Assembly: GCA_016699575.1 (NCBI GenBank)
Contig: CP064979.1
Span: 2,576,824 to 2,640,823 of the forward strand
Source: Flavobacteriales bacterium
Lineage (GTDB): Bacteria; Bacteroidota; Bacteroidia; Flavobacteriales_F; PHOS-HE28
Direction of reading: 5' to 3'
Length of the DNA: 64,000 nt
This document shows positions 9,066 through 20,622 of the stretch, one piece after another. Below the pieces are notes generated by a model that was not told the DNA's origin, did no database searches, and was given only the letters and a program-made list of their open reading frames with translations. Made by a program: the position numbers and the translations under genes. Within the stretch, counting starts at the first letter, position 1. The number at the start of each line of letters is the position of its first letter.

Positions 9066-11486
9066 ATGCTTCCCTTGTTGCGAACGGCGACCGCGCTGTG
9101 CTGTTGCTGCCTTTGGGTGTTCACCGCTGCGCAAGTGATGGTCGCCGGTCGTGTGGTTGACGATCGCACCGGAGAACCGTTGCCTTTTGTGCACGTGCGA
9201 CCGGATGGTGCAGGACAGGGCGTGCTGGCGGATGCGGACGGACGCTTTGCGGTGGAAGTCGCTGCTTTGCCGACCACCTTGATATGCAGCTATGTGGGCT
9301 ACCAACCGCTGCGGTACGAGAGCTGGGACGAGCGACCGGTCGTCCTGCGCTTGCATGCCCTGACCAAAGAGCTGAGCGAGGCGGTTGTGCGTCCGGGCGA
9401 AAACCCCGCGCACCGCATCATCGAGGCCGTGCACGCCAACCGCAAGCGCAATGACGGGCTCAGCGCGGGCAGCTTCCGCTACACCAGTTACGCGCGCACG
9501 GTCTTCACCATCGAAGCGGACAGCGCCCTGATGACCGACAAGGCGCGCATCGCCCAGTTGGACAGCAACGGCCGCGAGATCGTGGAATTCATGAACGAGC
9601 AGCACCTCCTGCTCATCGAGAGCGCGACGCGCCGAACGTTCCGGCCGCCCAACGGTGACCGTGAAGAGGTGCTGGCCTTGCGTGTGAGCGGCTTCGAGGA
9701 TCCCGGATTGCTGGCGCTCGTCGCCTCAACGAAAACCTTCAGCATGTACGAGCCGCTGATCCCCTTGGGCGAGAAGACGTACATGAGCCCCATCGCGCGC
9801 GGATCGGTGAACAGCTATCTCTTCATCCTGGAAGACACGCTCTTCCAAGGAACCGACAGTGTGTTCGTGATCAGCTACCGTCCACGGACAAGCAAGAATT
9901 TCGAGGGACTTTCCGGAACGCTCTGGGTGAACAGCGATGGCTACGCCCTGCAGAACGTGGTGGCCGGTCCGGTGAAGCGGGGTGAAGGCCAGGGCCTGAA
10001 GGTGCAGCAGGTGCACAAGCGCATCGGTGCGACTTGGTTCCCCGTGCAGCTCAACACCACATACTTCTTCGATGGCATAACGCTGAACGGGTTCCAGCCG
10101 CTGGGTATCGGCCGCGTGCAATTACGTGACGTCGAAACGGGCATAGAAGTGTCGCGTTCGGAAGTGGCCGGTCCCGAATTCGTGATGGACCCCTTGGCGT
10201 TGCACCGCGACGAAGCCTATTGGCGGGCGCTTCGTCCCGATACGTTGGGAAAGAAAGAGCTGAAGACATACCAGGTCATCGACAGTATCAGCAAGGCGGA
10301 GAACTTGGGCAGGACCTTGAAGGGACTGGAGGCGTTGCTCAGTGGCAGCATCCCCTGGGGGCCGGTGGACTTCGAGCTTCGGCGCATCATTTCCGCCAAT
10401 GCGCTGGAGGACGTGCGGCTGGGCCTCGGCCTGAGCACCAACGACCGCGTGTCCCGTGTGGCACGCCTTGGTGGTTGGTTCGGTTACGGCTTCGGGGACA
10501 AGACATGGAAGTACGGCGCTGATGTGCGTGTGAAACCCAAGCCGGCGAGGTCGTTGGAAGTGCACGCGTACTACGCGAACGACCTTGTGGAAAGCGGTGG
10601 CGTTGCCTTCAAGGGCCCGCGTACACTACTGCTCAGCGATGACGTGCGGCTGCTCTACATGGACCGGATGGATCGCGTGGAGCGGATCGGAGGAACGGTG
10701 CACCTGCGCTTGGCCAGCGGACTCCGCATGTGGTTGGGCACGGCTAGTGAGTTGCGGATCAATGACCTCGGATATCGTTTTGTGCAACCGCTTGGAGAAG
10801 GAGTGGAGCGCTTGGTCAACGATTTCCGCAGTGGCGAGGTGAGCGTTGATGTCCGCTACGCACACGGCGAGCGCTTGGCCCAGTTGCCCGGCCGCCAGGT
10901 GGACCTCGGTACGAAGTGGCCCGTGCTCCAAGTGTCGTTCGCGCAAGCCGTGGATGGGCTTTGGGAAGGCGAGCAACAGTGGTGGCGTGCGGCTGTGCAA
11001 ACCGGCAAGTCGTTCAGGACGCGTCGCATGGGCACTCCATCAGTACGGGTGATGGCCGGTATGGCAGATGCCACGGCCGCGTACCCGTTTCTCTTCAACC
11101 TGAGGGGTTCGCGCGGCGAGGGATGGTGGCTGAACACACCTTATGCGTTCGAAACCATGGTGCCGGGCGAGTTCCTGTCGGACCGTTTCATCGTGGTCCA
11201 TTACCGGCATTCGTTCGGCAAGCTCCTGCTGAAGACCAAGAAGTGGCAGCCGTTGCCCACCCTGGTGACCAGCGCGGGTTGGGGTGGGCTGGAACATGCG
11301 GCGAACCATCGCGGCTATGACTTCCGCAGCATGGTGGAAGGGTTCTTCGAAAGCGGGGCGGAGGTCCTTTTCCGCAACAACCTCTCGGCCCTGGGCTTCG
11401 GTGTGTACTGGCGCTACGGCCCCTACGCGTTACCGGACGCAATGGACAACCTCTACCTGAAGCTGGCACTGGGGATCGGGATCTGA
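9066..11486 (+). CDS. Large outer-membrane-type protein with N-terminal carboxypeptidase-regulatory-like domain (DUF5686-like)
   Basis: ATG at 9066. Signal peptide MLPLLRTATALCCCCLWVFTAAQV, then GRVVDDRTGEPLPFVHVRPDG..DADGRF, a CarboxypepD_reg motif. ~806 aa. Confidence 0.7.
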   Translation: MLPLLRTATALCCCCLWVFTAAQVMVAGRVVDDRTGEPLPFVHVRPDGAGQGVLADADGRFAVEVAALPTTLICSYVGYQPLRYESWDERPVVLRLHALTKELSEAVVRPGENPAHRIIEAVHANRKRNDGLSAGSFRYTSYARTVFTIEADSALMTDKARIAQLDSNGREIVEFMNEQHLLLIESATRRTFRPPNGDREEVLALRVSGFEDPGLLALVASTKTFSMYEPLIPLGEKTYMSPIARGSVNSYLFILEDTLFQGTDSVFVISYRPRTSKNFEGLSGTLWVNSDGYALQNVVAGPVKRGEGQGLKVQQVHKRIGATWFPVQLNTTYFFDGITLNGFQPLGIGRVQLRDVETGIEVSRSEVAGPEFVMDPLALHRDEAYWRALRPDTLGKKELKTYQVIDSISKAENLGRTLKGLEALLSGSIPWGPVDFELRRIISANALEDVRLGLGLSTNDRVSRVARLGGWFGYGFGDKTWKYGADVRVKPKPARSLEVHAYYANDLVESGGVAFKGPRTLLLSDDVRLLYMDRMDRVERIGGTVHLRLASGLRMWLGTASELRINDLGYRFVQPLGEGVERLVNDFRSGEVSVDVRYAHGERLAQLPGRQVDLGTKWPVLQVSFAQAVDGLWEGEQQWWRAAVQTGKSFRTRRMGTPSVRVMAGMADATAAYPFLFNLRGSRGEGWWLNTPYAFETMVPGEFLSDRFIVVHYRHSFGKLLLKTKKWQPLPTLVTSAGWGGLEHAANHRGYDFRSMVEGFFESGAEVLFRNNLSALGFGVYWRYGPYALPDAMDNLYLKLALGIGI

Positions 11487-11546
11487 CCCGGGGCTGCACG
11501 TCCATTTCGTTCCTTTGGTCGCCGCAGTGCGGCACCCTGAACGCTC

Positions 11547-13946
11547 ATGTGGACATGGCTCGCCGGTAAGATCCTACGCAACCGCATCGCGGTGCTGGTG
11601 GTCACCGGCCTGCTCACCGTCTTCATGGGCTGGATGGCAAGCCGGGTGAAGATGAGCTACCGCAATGGTGGCCTGTTGCCCAAGGACGACAGCACATTCG
11701 TTGCCTACCAGCACTTCGTGCACCAGTTCAGTGAGGATGGGAACGTGGTGGTCATCGGCACCGACGACCCCGACTTCTTCAAGCCCGAACGGTTCGCCGC
11801 GTGGTGGCGTTTGGGCAAGGACCTGAAAGCCATCAACGGGGTCGACTCCGTTTTCAGTGAGGCGCACCTGTTCGATCTGGTCCGCGACGATTCGCTGATG
11901 ACCTTCAAGCTGCGTCCTGTCGTGGTGGCCCCGCCAGCGGACCAGGCAGGCATGGATTCCTTGAGGGCGCACATCCGATCACTGCCCTTCTACGACCGGC
12001 TGCTCTTCAACGACAGCACCAGGGCGCACGTGATGATGCTCTTCTTGGATGCGGCCATGTTCAACAGCGAGCGTCGAGGCCACATGATCGAGGATATCAT
12101 GCAGCTTGGCGATGCCTATGCCGCTGACCATGTGCCGCTGCACTACAGCGGGCTGCCGTACATCCGTGTGAAGGTCGCGTCACTGGTGAAAGGCGAGATG
12201 CCGGTCTTCATGGGAGGCAGCCTTTTCGTTTGCGCGGTGCTGCTCCTGGTTTTCTTCCGCAGTTGGCGGGTGATGTGGGTATGCACGGCCGTAGTGGCCA
12301 TCAGCGTGGTGTGGAGCTTCGGGATGATGGCCTTGTTCGATTGCCCTATCACCCTCATCATGTCGGTGATCGCACCGCTGGTCATTGTTACAGGTGTGCC
12401 CAACTGCGTGTTCTTGATCAATAGCTACCAGATCGAATACGTGCATCATCGCAACCAGATGAAAGCGTTGCAGCGCGTCATCACCCGGGTGGGCGCGGCC
12501 GCGTTCATGACCAATGCTACCACCGCCGTGGGCTTCACCAGCTTCATGCTCGTGAGCAGCGAGACCTTGCAGGAGTTCGGCCTCATCGCCACGCTCGGGA
12601 TCATGGTGCTTTGGGCATTGAGCATGGTGCTCATCCCCATCTTCTTCAGCTTCATGCCGCCGCCCACGGCCAAGCACCTCAAGCACCTCGACCGCAAATG
12701 GATGGACACGGTGGTGGACCGCATTGTGCGCATCAGCCACCGCCATCGGCCCTTGGTGTACGCCATCACCTTGCTTGTCTTCATCGTTGCGCTTGTGGGC
12801 ATGGGCCGCTTGAAGGACGAGAGCCGCGTGGTGGACGACCTGCCCGAGGAGAACGAAGTGCTGGTGAACATGCGTTGGTTCGAGCGCAACTTCCGGGGTG
12901 TGATCCCCTTGGAGGTGGTCATCGATACGAAGAAGAACGGCGGTGCGCTGAAGGACCCTACGCTCAAGCGGATCCAACGCCTGCACGACACGCTGGCCAC
13001 CTACCCGCAGTTCAGCCGTCCGCTCAGCGTGGTGGATGCCGTGAAGTTCACCAAGCAAGCTTTCTACGGCGGGGATCCCGATCGCTATGAACTGATCAAG
13101 CCCAGCTATGCCCCGGACCAGTTCATTGTGAAGTACCTCCCGAAGGCAGCGGAGAAGAAGGACATGGGCAAGGCGTTCCTGGACACGGCCCGACAGGTCA
13201 CACGCCTCACCGTGCAAATGGCCGACATCGGCACCACGCGGATGGACGAGCTGATGACACGTCTGCGTCCTCAGGTGGACAGCATTTTCGCACCGGACAA
13301 ATACGATGTCAGCTTCACCGGCAACAGCATCATTTTCCTCGAGGGCAGCCGCTACCTCATCGACAACCTCATCTGGAGCCTCTTCTGGGCGGTGGTGTTC
13401 ATCGTGGCGTTGATGGCCTTGCTGTTCAACTCATTGCGCATCCTGGTCGTTTCGCTCATCCCCAACCTCATCCCGCTCGTGGTCACCGCCGGGCTGATGG
13501 GCTACTTCCACATCCCCATCAAGCCGAGCACCATCCTCGTGTTCGGCATCGCGTTGGGCATCGCCGTGGACAATGCGATCCACTTCCTGGCGCGCTACCG
13601 GCTTGAACTGAAACTGACCAACAACGACTACAAGCGCGCGGTTGACCTGGCCACGCGCGAAGTGAGCGTGGGCATCATCTACACCAGTGCGGTGCTCTTC
13701 TTCGGCTTCATCATTTTCGCGTTCAGCAAGTTCGGCGGCATCCAGGCGCTGGGCATCCTCACCAGCATCACATTGTTGGTGGCCATGTTCACCAACCTGC
13801 TGGTGCTGCCGGGGCTCCTGCTCACCTTCCACCGCAACCTCATCACGCGTGCGTTCCAGGAACCGCTCCTGGTGATCCTCGACGAAGAAGAAGACATCAA
13901 CCTCGATGAACTGAAGGTGGAGGACACCGCACCTCAACAACCATGA
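11547..13946 (+). CDS. MMPL/RND-superfamily exporter (two 6-TM bundles, SSD-like)
   Basis: 799 aa. There are two hydrophobic clusters, each followed by a large periplasmic loop. It resembles Bacteroidota MMPL-family transporters. Confidence 0.85.
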   Translation: MWTWLAGKILRNRIAVLVVTGLLTVFMGWMASRVKMSYRNGGLLPKDDSTFVAYQHFVHQFSEDGNVVVIGTDDPDFFKPERFAAWWRLGKDLKAINGVDSVFSEAHLFDLVRDDSLMTFKLRPVVVAPPADQAGMDSLRAHIRSLPFYDRLLFNDSTRAHVMMLFLDAAMFNSERRGHMIEDIMQLGDAYAADHVPLHYSGLPYIRVKVASLVKGEMPVFMGGSLFVCAVLLLVFFRSWRVMWVCTAVVAISVVWSFGMMALFDCPITLIMSVIAPLVIVTGVPNCVFLINSYQIEYVHHRNQMKALQRVITRVGAAAFMTNATTAVGFTSFMLVSSETLQEFGLIATLGIMVLWALSMVLIPIFFSFMPPPTAKHLKHLDRKWMDTVVDRIVRISHRHRPLVYAITLLVFIVALVGMGRLKDESRVVDDLPEENEVLVNMRWFERNFRGVIPLEVVIDTKKNGGALKDPTLKRIQRLHDTLATYPQFSRPLSVVDAVKFTKQAFYGGDPDRYELIKPSYAPDQFIVKYLPKAAEKKDMGKAFLDTARQVTRLTVQMADIGTTRMDELMTRLRPQVDSIFAPDKYDVSFTGNSIIFLEGSRYLIDNLIWSLFWAVVFIVALMALLFNSLRILVVSLIPNLIPLVVTAGLMGYFHIPIKPSTILVFGIALGIAVDNAIHFLARYRLELKLTNNDYKRAVDLATREVSVGIIYTSAVLFFGFIIFAFSKFGGIQALGILTSITLLVAMFTNLLVLPGLLLTFHRNLITRAFQEPLLVILDEEEDINLDELKVEDTAPQQP

Positions 13947-14812
13947 AAGGCATCATCCTCGCCGGAGGGTCCGGCACCCGACTGCACCCGTTGACCTTGG
14001 CCGTGAGCAAGCAGCTCATGCCCGTGTACGACAAGCCGATGATCTACTACCCGCTGAGCACGCTCATGGCGGCGGGCATCCGCGATATTCTCATCATCAG
14101 CACACCGCACGACCTGCCCAACTTCCGGAAGCTGCTGGGCGACGGTGCAAGTCTCGGTTGCTCCTTCAGCTATGCCGAGCAACCGGTGCCTAACGGGCTG
14201 GCGCAGGCCTTCGTCATCGGTCGCGAGTTCGTGGGCAACGATGGCGTGGCACTCATCCTCGGCGACAACATTTTCCACGGCAGCGGCTTGGGCACGCGGC
14301 TTATGGAGCACAACACCGTGAGCGGCGGCCTCGTCTTCGCGTACCGCGTGAGCGATCCGGAACGTTACGGGGTGGTGGAGTTCGACGCGCACTTCAACGC
14401 GTTGAGCATCGAGGAGAAACCGGCCAAGCCGAAGAGCAACTATGCCGTGCCCGGGCTGTACTTCTACGACAACAGCGTGCTGGACATCGCCCGCGACCTG
14501 AAGCCGAGCGCGCGCGGCGAATACGAGATCACCGACGTGAACAAGGAATACCTGCGCCAGGGCAAATTGAAAGTGCTGGTGTTGGACCGCGGCACGGCAT
14601 GGCTCGACACGGGGACGTTCACCAGCCTCATGCAGGCGGGGCAGTACGTGCAGGTGATCGAAGAGCGGCAGGGGAGAAGGATCGGTTGCATCGAGGAAGT
14701 CGCCTTCCGCCGGGGCTTCATCACCGCCGATGAACTGCGCAAGCTGGGCGAGCCGTTGCGCAAGAGCGGTTACGGGGAATACCTGATCCAGGTGGCGAAC
14801 GGCACGGTGTGA
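13943..14812 (+). CDS. rfbA: Glucose-1-phosphate thymidylyltransferase
   Basis: [39 protein letters not shown] is canonical RmlA. There is an ATGA overlap with the upstream gene. Confidence 0.95.
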   Translation: MKGIILAGGSGTRLHPLTLAVSKQLMPVYDKPMIYYPLSTLMAAGIRDILIISTPHDLPNFRKLLGDGASLGCSFSYAEQPVPNGLAQAFVIGREFVGNDGVALILGDNIFHGSGLGTRLMEHNTVSGGLVFAYRVSDPERYGVVEFDAHFNALSIEEKPAKPKSNYAVPGLYFYDNSVLDIARDLKPSARGEYEITDVNKEYLRQGKLKVLVLDRGTAWLDTGTFTSLMQAGQYVQVIEERQGRRIGCIEEVAFRRGFITADELRKLGEPLRKSGYGEYLIQVANGTV

Positions 14813-15756
14813 TGACCGATCATCGTGCGCTCATCGAAGCACGCATCACCGATTGGTGCGCGGCCCTACCGAAGGACGGGCTCTACGCGCCCATGGCCTA
14901 CCTCATGGGCCTTCCTGCCAAGCGCGTGCGGCCTGCCTTGGTGCTGATGGGGTGCGAACTGTTCGGCGGCGACCCGCGCGAAGCCCTCGACGAAGCCATC
15001 GGTATCGAGCTCTTCCACAACTTCACTTTGATGCACGATGACATCATGGACGCTGCGCCCTTGCGCCGAGGCCAGCCCACCGTGCACGCGAAGTGGAACG
15101 TGAACATCGGCATCCTCAGCGGCGATGCCATGTTGGTGAAGGCCTATCAGCTCATGGGTCGGCGTCCCGACGTCCTCGACTTGTTCAGCCGTTACGCGTT
15201 GATGGTCTGCGAAGGCCAGCAGCTGGACATGGACTTCGAGCAGCGCGACGATGTGCACGTGAAGGAGTACCTGGAGATGATACGGCTGAAGACCGCCGTG
15301 CTGCTCTCGTGCGCGTTGCGAACGGGTGCGATGGTCGCCGGTGCACCGCGCGAAGACCAGGAGCGGATCGGTGCGTTCGGCGAACATGTCGGGCTCGCCT
15401 TCCAATTGCGCGACGACCTGCTGGATGCGTTCGGTGACCCGGGCACCACCGGCAAGCAACAAGGAGGTGATCTGCGTGCGGGCAAGAAGACCTTCCTGCT
15501 CATCAGGGGTCTTGAGCGTGCTGCGGAAGGGCGTTGGGGCGTGTTGCGCGAAGAGCTGTCCAAGGCCCCGGATGCGCGTGACGTGTCCAGGATGCGCGAC
15601 GCCATCGAACAGCTTGGTGTGCGGGCCGAAGCCGAAGCCGAGGTGCTCAAGCACGACCGTGCTGCCATGGCCGCATTGGATGCGATCGATGTGCCTGTCG
15701 TGAAGAAGGAGCCCCTGCGGATGCTGGCCGCGCACTTGCTGGAGCGGAAGTCCTGA
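14812..15756 (+). CDS. Polyprenyl synthetase family protein (trans-isoprenyl diphosphate synthase)
   Basis: FHNFTLMHDDIMD (first DDxxD) and FQLRDDLLDAFGD (second DDxxD). There is a TGATG overlap with rfbA. Confidence 0.9.
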   Translation: MTDHRALIEARITDWCAALPKDGLYAPMAYLMGLPAKRVRPALVLMGCELFGGDPREALDEAIGIELFHNFTLMHDDIMDAAPLRRGQPTVHAKWNVNIGILSGDAMLVKAYQLMGRRPDVLDLFSRYALMVCEGQQLDMDFEQRDDVHVKEYLEMIRLKTAVLLSCALRTGAMVAGAPREDQERIGAFGEHVGLAFQLRDDLLDAFGDPGTTGKQQGGDLRAGKKTFLLIRGLERAAEGRWGVLREELSKAPDARDVSRMRDAIEQLGVRAEAEAEVLKHDRAAMAALDAIDVPVVKKEPLRMLAAHLLERKS

Positions 15757-15759
15757 GCG

Positions 15760-17646
15760 CTACTCGCAGGCCTCGCAGTACGTCTTCAGCAGGTACGGGT
15801 CCTCGAGCAATTGGAACGTGACACCGCCTTTGCCATAGGTCTTGAACAACGAGCAGAACCGTGGCTTGTCCTTGTTCACGGCGTTCATCATCACGCGCCG
15901 GTAGGCTTGTTCCTTGGTGCGCTCGGGGTCGGCGATGGTGAGGTTGAGGTAGTAGAAGAGCAAGTCTTCGTCCACGTTGATCTCCAGCGCGCGCGGCTCC
16001 ACCACGTTCAGTGCCATGGCGTGGTTCATATAGCTGGCGAAGTACTGGGCCAGGCTCAGGTGGTCCTGCTCGCTCATGGGGATGCTCTTGTAGTTGCGTT
16101 GGATGTACTTGAGGCACTCGTCCTTCTGCGCGTACTCCAGCTTGGCCATGTGCTCCTGCGCCATCATGATGTTCCAGTTGATGAGCATGCGTTTGATCAG
16201 CGGTTCCTCGATGCGGTACACGCGCAGGTGCTCGATCTCCTTCTTGAACGCGGCCGGGTCAACGGTGTGGCCGCCCAGCAGCCACAGCCGGAACTTCACC
16301 GCGCAGAGATTGTATTTGACGTGGCCGTCCTCGGGCAGCAGGCGGTCGAGCTCTTCCAACGCTTGGTAGGTGTCCCACGCGTCGCTGGGGTCCATGAACT
16401 GGCGGAAGGCCACCCTCGAGTGGAGCATCTGTGCGAATTCTATCCTGCTCGGCACCTCCAACTGTTCGAGGAACGATGACGGCAACTGGTTGTCCATCAC
16501 ACGATCGAACACGGCGTTCTGCACGGCGATGGCGCGCTCCAGGTTGTTGTTGGCAACAGCCTTCTCGAACTCCTCGATCAGTTCCACGGCCTTCACCCCG
16601 GCGAACTCGTCCTTGCGCGCCAACTCCACGGTAATGACGGCTTTGCGATGCTTGGCAAGCATGGGTTCCAGTGCCTCTGCCGTGCGTTTGTCCAACAACC
16701 GGCGTTTCACCTCGGCTTTCGGCAACGTGGCCAGTTCGCTTTGCGAGGTCAGCAGCACGTCGCTGAGGAACTCCACCCAGTTCTCGCTGGCCGAGACTTC
16801 CGTGATGATGCCTTGCTGCTGGTAGCTCTGCATGGCCGCAACGATGCTCTGCGCGCGCTTTTGCTGCAGTTCCAGGTTGCGTTCCTCGGGCCCCTCTACA
16901 CTACTGTACGCTTCAATGACGATGCGTTTGATGTGGAAGTCGGTGAGCCGGAGCGAGTCGCGCAATGGTTGCAGGTCGGCAGCGGAGTACTCGGCCTTGT
17001 TGCGTTCGAAAGGGATGGTGAAGTGCATCGCTTTGCGCCGCAGGATCGTGTTGCGCACTTCTGTCCGTGAAGTGTCGTACTGTTCGCCGTACGTGAGCGT
17101 GTCCATGTACAGCCCCATGTTCAGCAGGTCCCAGCGGTACACGCGCAGGTCGAAGTTGTAGTTGTAGTAGCAGTAGAACCGGTCTTTCAGGATGATGAAG
17201 TTGAGCTCGTGATCGGTGTTCCTGAGCGTGTTCGGCAGTGTCCCGACTTTCACTGCGACACCCGTGCCCCAAGGGATCTTGCTGCGTTTCAGTTCGAACT
17301 GATAAACTGGTTTCAGCACAGTGCCACGGTACATTCCATCGGCCGCTGGCCCACCCGTTGCACATGAGTAGCGCGAACGAGGGACCACGTCCACCGCGAT
17401 ACCATCACTTGGTTTGGTGATCAACGCGTTGAGCAACCGTTCATCTGTGACGATGAACCAGATGTCGCCTTGTGCGTCGGCAGACAATCCGTACAGTATT
17501 TCCTTGGCTTGCTTTTCGAACACGGACCGGCATTCGGTGCAGCGCAGGTCGTACTGCTCGCCCGGGTTGCGGATGTCGAAGACCTCTTGGGGAAATGCCC
17601 GACCAGCCAGGAGCCAAAGGAGAAGAACAAGCGTCCTTTCTTTCAT
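15760..17646 (-). CDS. Hypothetical secreted protein (628 aa)
   Basis: Signal peptide MKERTLVLLLWLLAGRAFPQ. Coding statistics are consistent. No confident family assignment. Confidence 0.6.
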   Translation of the reverse strand: MKERTLVLLLWLLAGRAFPQEVFDIRNPGEQYDLRCTECRSVFEKQAKEILYGLSADAQGDIWFIVTDERLLNALITKPSDGIAVDVVPRSRYSCATGGPAADGMYRGTVLKPVYQFELKRSKIPWGTGVAVKVGTLPNTLRNTDHELNFIILKDRFYCYYNYNFDLRVYRWDLLNMGLYMDTLTYGEQYDTSRTEVRNTILRRKAMHFTIPFERNKAEYSAADLQPLRDSLRLTDFHIKRIVIEAYSSVEGPEERNLELQQKRAQSIVAAMQSYQQQGIITEVSASENWVEFLSDVLLTSQSELATLPKAEVKRRLLDKRTAEALEPMLAKHRKAVITVELARKDEFAGVKAVELIEEFEKAVANNNLERAIAVQNAVFDRVMDNQLPSSFLEQLEVPSRIEFAQMLHSRVAFRQFMDPSDAWDTYQALEELDRLLPEDGHVKYNLCAVKFRLWLLGGHTVDPAAFKKEIEHLRVYRIEEPLIKRMLINWNIMMAQEHMAKLEYAQKDECLKYIQRNYKSIPMSEQDHLSLAQYFASYMNHAMALNVVEPRALEINVDEDLLFYYLNLTIADPERTKEQAYRRVMMNAVNKDKPRFCSLFKTYGKGGVTFQLLEDPYLLKTYCEACE

Positions 17647-17685
17647 GATGGCAAGGTAGCGGCCGCTGGGAAAGGCGAGGATGGC

Positions 17686-18639
17686 CTACCGCGAGGTGGC
17701 CAGTTCGCGCAAAGCGTCGGCCAGTAGACCATACTTGAATTCGAACCCCGGCGCGCTTAGCCGAACGCTCTCCACCCGGCTTCCCTCCGTCAGCAGCGCT
17801 GCCATTTCCCCCATGGCGGCCTTCAGGACAAAGCCGGGGACGGCGATCGGGAACAACGGACGATGCACCGAGCGCGCAACGGCCTGCAGGAAACTCTGGT
17901 TGGTGTTATGCTCCGGTGCAACGATGTTGTATGCGCCCTGCCAGGTTGTGCCATCAATGGCGCACAGATAGGCGCGCACCAGATCATCGATGTGCACCCA
18001 CGGAATCCATTGCCTGCCGGACCCCAGCGGCGCGAGAACGCACCAGCGGGCGAGCTGCGCGAACCGTGGCCACGCGCCGCCTTCGCGGGCCAGCACCACC
18101 GGCGTGCGAAATTTCACCACGCGGGCCAGTGTGCTCCATTCATCCACCGCGTCCTCCCAGGCACGTGTCAGGTTCCCGATCGCGTCGGTGGCACTTGCAT
18201 CGTTCTCGCCGAAGATGTGATCCAGGGTTTGGGCACCGTAATATCCCACGCCGCTGGCACTGATGAAGCTCTGCGGTCGCACACCTGCCTCCCTCGCTGC
18301 ACGCAGGACAAGTCTCGCCGACTCCGTGCGGCTTTCCTCGCACAGTCTCAACCGCTCAGGCGACCAGCGTTTGGCAATGATGTTCTCACCGGCGAGGTGC
18401 ACGATATGGTCCACGCCCTCAAGTGCTGACGCGTCGATGGTGCGCTCCTGTATATTCCATGCAAAGGCTTGCACGCCGTTGCGCGAGCCCGGCGTGCGGC
18501 TCAGGTGGCGGACACTGTGGCCTCGGCCGACCAGCGCATTGGTAAGCGCCGAGCCGATGAGGCCGCTACCGCCGGTGATGAGGATGGTGGGCACGGTGCA
18601 AACCAAGTCATGGACGGAACATTGTCCGATCCGGTTCAC
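17686..18639 (-). CDS. TIGR01777 (YfcH-like) NAD-dependent epimerase-family protein with DUF1731 C-terminus
   Basis: ILITGGSGLIGSALTNALVGRGHSV is a Rossmann motif. The true start may be the GTG at 18594. Confidence 0.8.
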   Translation of the reverse strand: MNRIGQCSVHDLVCTVPTILITGGSGLIGSALTNALVGRGHSVRHLSRTPGSRNGVQAFAWNIQERTIDASALEGVDHIVHLAGENIIAKRWSPERLRLCEESRTESARLVLRAAREAGVRPQSFISASGVGYYGAQTLDHIFGENDASATDAIGNLTRAWEDAVDEWSTLARVVKFRTPVVLAREGGAWPRFAQLARWCVLAPLGSGRQWIPWVHIDDLVRAYLCAIDGTTWQGAYNIVAPEHNTNQSFLQAVARSVHRPLFPIAVPGFVLKAAMGEMAALLTEGSRVESVRLSAPGFEFKYGLLADALRELATSR

Positions 18640-18661
18640 ACATCATTGGATCTCCTGTTGC

Positions 18662-19216
18662 TCACATGATGGGCGCCTTCTCAAAAAGCTGGAGCAATAC
18701 GGCCCCGTTCAGGCCGAGCCGGACCAGCACAAGGTTTTCAGCTTGTAGCAGCTCGGTGGAGGTCAACGGTGTCGTCCTGGCGTACTCCACGGTCACGAAG
18801 TCGATGAGCGTAATGCCAGCATGAAGCGTAAGCCGCGTGTCGTCCAGCGCTGCGCGGTAGCTGATGTTGTCGAACGAGATGCCACCGCATGGCCCTATGG
18901 CGCCATGGAACAGGTGCATCGCGCGGATCCCCACCGTACCCCTGCGGTATGTGCGGTCGCCTGCGAACACCGCGCTCAGAGACAGTTCAGGTCCGAACGC
19001 GGTGAGCCCGCTGCCCAGCTTGCGTTGACGGGCGACCATCCACTGGCCGTATAACCCGACTTCCGTGTCGTTCTTCCCGGCGGCAAAACGGAAACCGATC
19101 CCGGGGAAGTTCACCCACGGTTCTCTTCTTTCGGCCTTGAGTGTTGTGTCCTGCAACGTTTGCGCTACAGAGGAGCAAACTAGGATGAGGTGCAGGGCGA
19201 TAGCCGGAACGCGCAT
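18662..19216 (-). CDS. Hypothetical outer-membrane/secreted protein
   Basis: Signal peptide MRVPAIALHLILVCSSVAQT. It is tandem with neighbours on the same strand. Confidence 0.5.
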   Translation of the reverse strand: MRVPAIALHLILVCSSVAQTLQDTTLKAERREPWVNFPGIGFRFAAGKNDTEVGLYGQWMVARQRKLGSGLTAFGPELSLSAVFAGDRTYRRGTVGIRAMHLFHGAIGPCGGISFDNISYRAALDDTRLTLHAGITLIDFVTVEYARTTPLTSTELLQAENLVLVRLGLNGAVLLQLFEKAPIM

Positions 19217-20098
19217 CTACCTCGACCGCTCCAACGTCAGCAGGTCTTCCTCAATGAAGCCTTCCTTCTTGCCGAACAACGAAGCATCATCGGCCAGGTA
19301 CATCAGTTCACCGCTGCCCGCGTTGAACACACGTTTGAAGCAATGGCGGGTCTTGTGTTCGCCGGTCATCACCACATCACTGATGCAAACGCCCTTGTTC
19401 TGGGCTTCCACGGCGGTGAGCAACTGGCTTTCGGCCATCACCTGAGCGGTGCCTTTCACATAGCTGGCTTTCACCGTAGCCGCATCGGGGATGCTCTTGT
19501 CCAAATGCTCTTTCGCGAGCCAGAACTCGTGGTTGTCGCGCAGTAGGCGGTTGCGGCTGGCGTAGAAGCGATCGGCGGTGCTCTTGTCGGTGAACTTGCC
19601 CGCTTCCACCTGCTTTAGGTAGTCCTGGATGTTCTTCACATACACGGTGAGCAGCAAGCTGGTGTTGTCAGCGGCCATCGCGTTGGGGTCGATCATGATG
19701 AAGGCCAGTTCCTGCGCCGTGGGGATGTTCGTGAAGCCGCCGTCCTGCGTTTGCAGTGCTTCGCCCTTCTTCTGCTTCCATCCCTGCACCAGCGTCAGGT
19801 AGAACGCGCCGTGTTTCTCCGGGTCCACTTTCCAGGTCTTCAGCAGGTAGGTCTTGGTGGCGTCCATGGGCTGCAGTGCCATGTCGTTCACTGTTGCCAC
19901 GTCGTAGCTGCCGGTGAACTTCCAGTTGGCCTTCACGGCATCCATGATGGCGCGGTTGTACGGCGAGTCGCCGGCATCGAGCACGAGCACGGTGGTGGTG
20001 CCCTTCGCGGCGGCAATGGCCTTGGTGTCGAAGCTGCCGTACTGTGCCTTGGCGATGAGGGTGGCAAGCAGGGAGAGGGTGAAGAGGAAATTGCGCAT
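19217..20098 (-). CDS. Hypothetical secreted protein
   Basis: The ATG at 20098 gives signal peptide MRNFLFTLSLLATLIAKAQ. ~294 aa. Confidence 0.55.
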   Translation of the reverse strand: MRNFLFTLSLLATLIAKAQYGSFDTKAIAAAKGTTTVLVLDAGDSPYNRAIMDAVKANWKFTGSYDVATVNDMALQPMDATKTYLLKTWKVDPEKHGAFYLTLVQGWKQKKGEALQTQDGGFTNIPTAQELAFIMIDPNAMAADNTSLLLTVYVKNIQDYLKQVEAGKFTDKSTADRFYASRNRLLRDNHEFWLAKEHLDKSIPDAATVKASYVKGTAQVMAESQLLTAVEAQNKGVCISDVVMTGEHKTRHCFKRVFNAGSGELMYLADDASLFGKKEGFIEEDLLTLERSR

Positions 20099-20173
20099 CG
20101 GTTCGTTCAACGGTTTGTCGGTCGCGGCCAAACTTAGTGCCACCGTCTGCCGACCTTCGGCCGGGTTTTCCAC

Positions 20174-20533
20174 ATGGCCAACGAGGAACTGTCAAGATCC
20201 GGGGATGCCCTGCGCAAACGCCTCGATGAACAGGAGGTGCTCTTGTTCACCGTTCAACAGTTGCGCAAGGACCTCGACGAGCCGGACCTGGCCCTGCCAC
20301 GGTTGGGCAACGAGGCCTTTGAGCAGTTGCGTGCGGAAGTCAAGGCCCGGTTGGAGCTTTGGCAGCGCTCGGGGTCAACGTCCATGGCCCGGGCCATCAA
20401 CCGTGTTGACCTGACGGAGGCCCAGGTGGATCGGGCCTTGGAAGCGGGCGGTTTGCACGAACTGGCCGGTGCCATGGTGCTGCGTTGCTTACAGAAAGTG
20501 CTGCTGCGCGAGCGTTACGCGGGCCGGTTCTGA
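20174..20533 (+). CDS. Hypothetical protein (119 aa)
   Basis: ATG at 20174. Helical, charged sequence. Sits upstream of sucA. Confidence 0.4.
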   Translation: MANEELSRSGDALRKRLDEQEVLLFTVQQLRKDLDEPDLALPRLGNEAFEQLRAEVKARLELWQRSGSTSMARAINRVDLTEAQVDRALEAGGLHELAGAMVLRCLQKVLLRERYAGRF

Positions 20534-20622
20534 ACCTGGTTTTCCCCGCGCGTACCTGTGCATTTCTCCGTGCCGCCGCGCCTCCATATGACCTATTAGC
20601 CCTTCTACCTTCGCTGCCCCGA

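Noticed and set aside
8994-9605. Track extension of the radical SAM ORF to 545 aa
   Set aside because: The extra ~200 N-terminal residues have no radical SAM homology. They overlap the divergent gene 9066-11486 and its promoter. The ATG at 8993 gives a standard-length protein.
12180-13217. 345-aa minus-strand ORF inside the MMPL transporter gene
   Set aside because: Antisense artefact. Its translation is His/Arg/Glu-rich and low-complexity.
14866-15735. 289-aa minus-strand ORF over the polyprenyl synthase gene
   Set aside because: Antisense artefact of a GC-rich gene.
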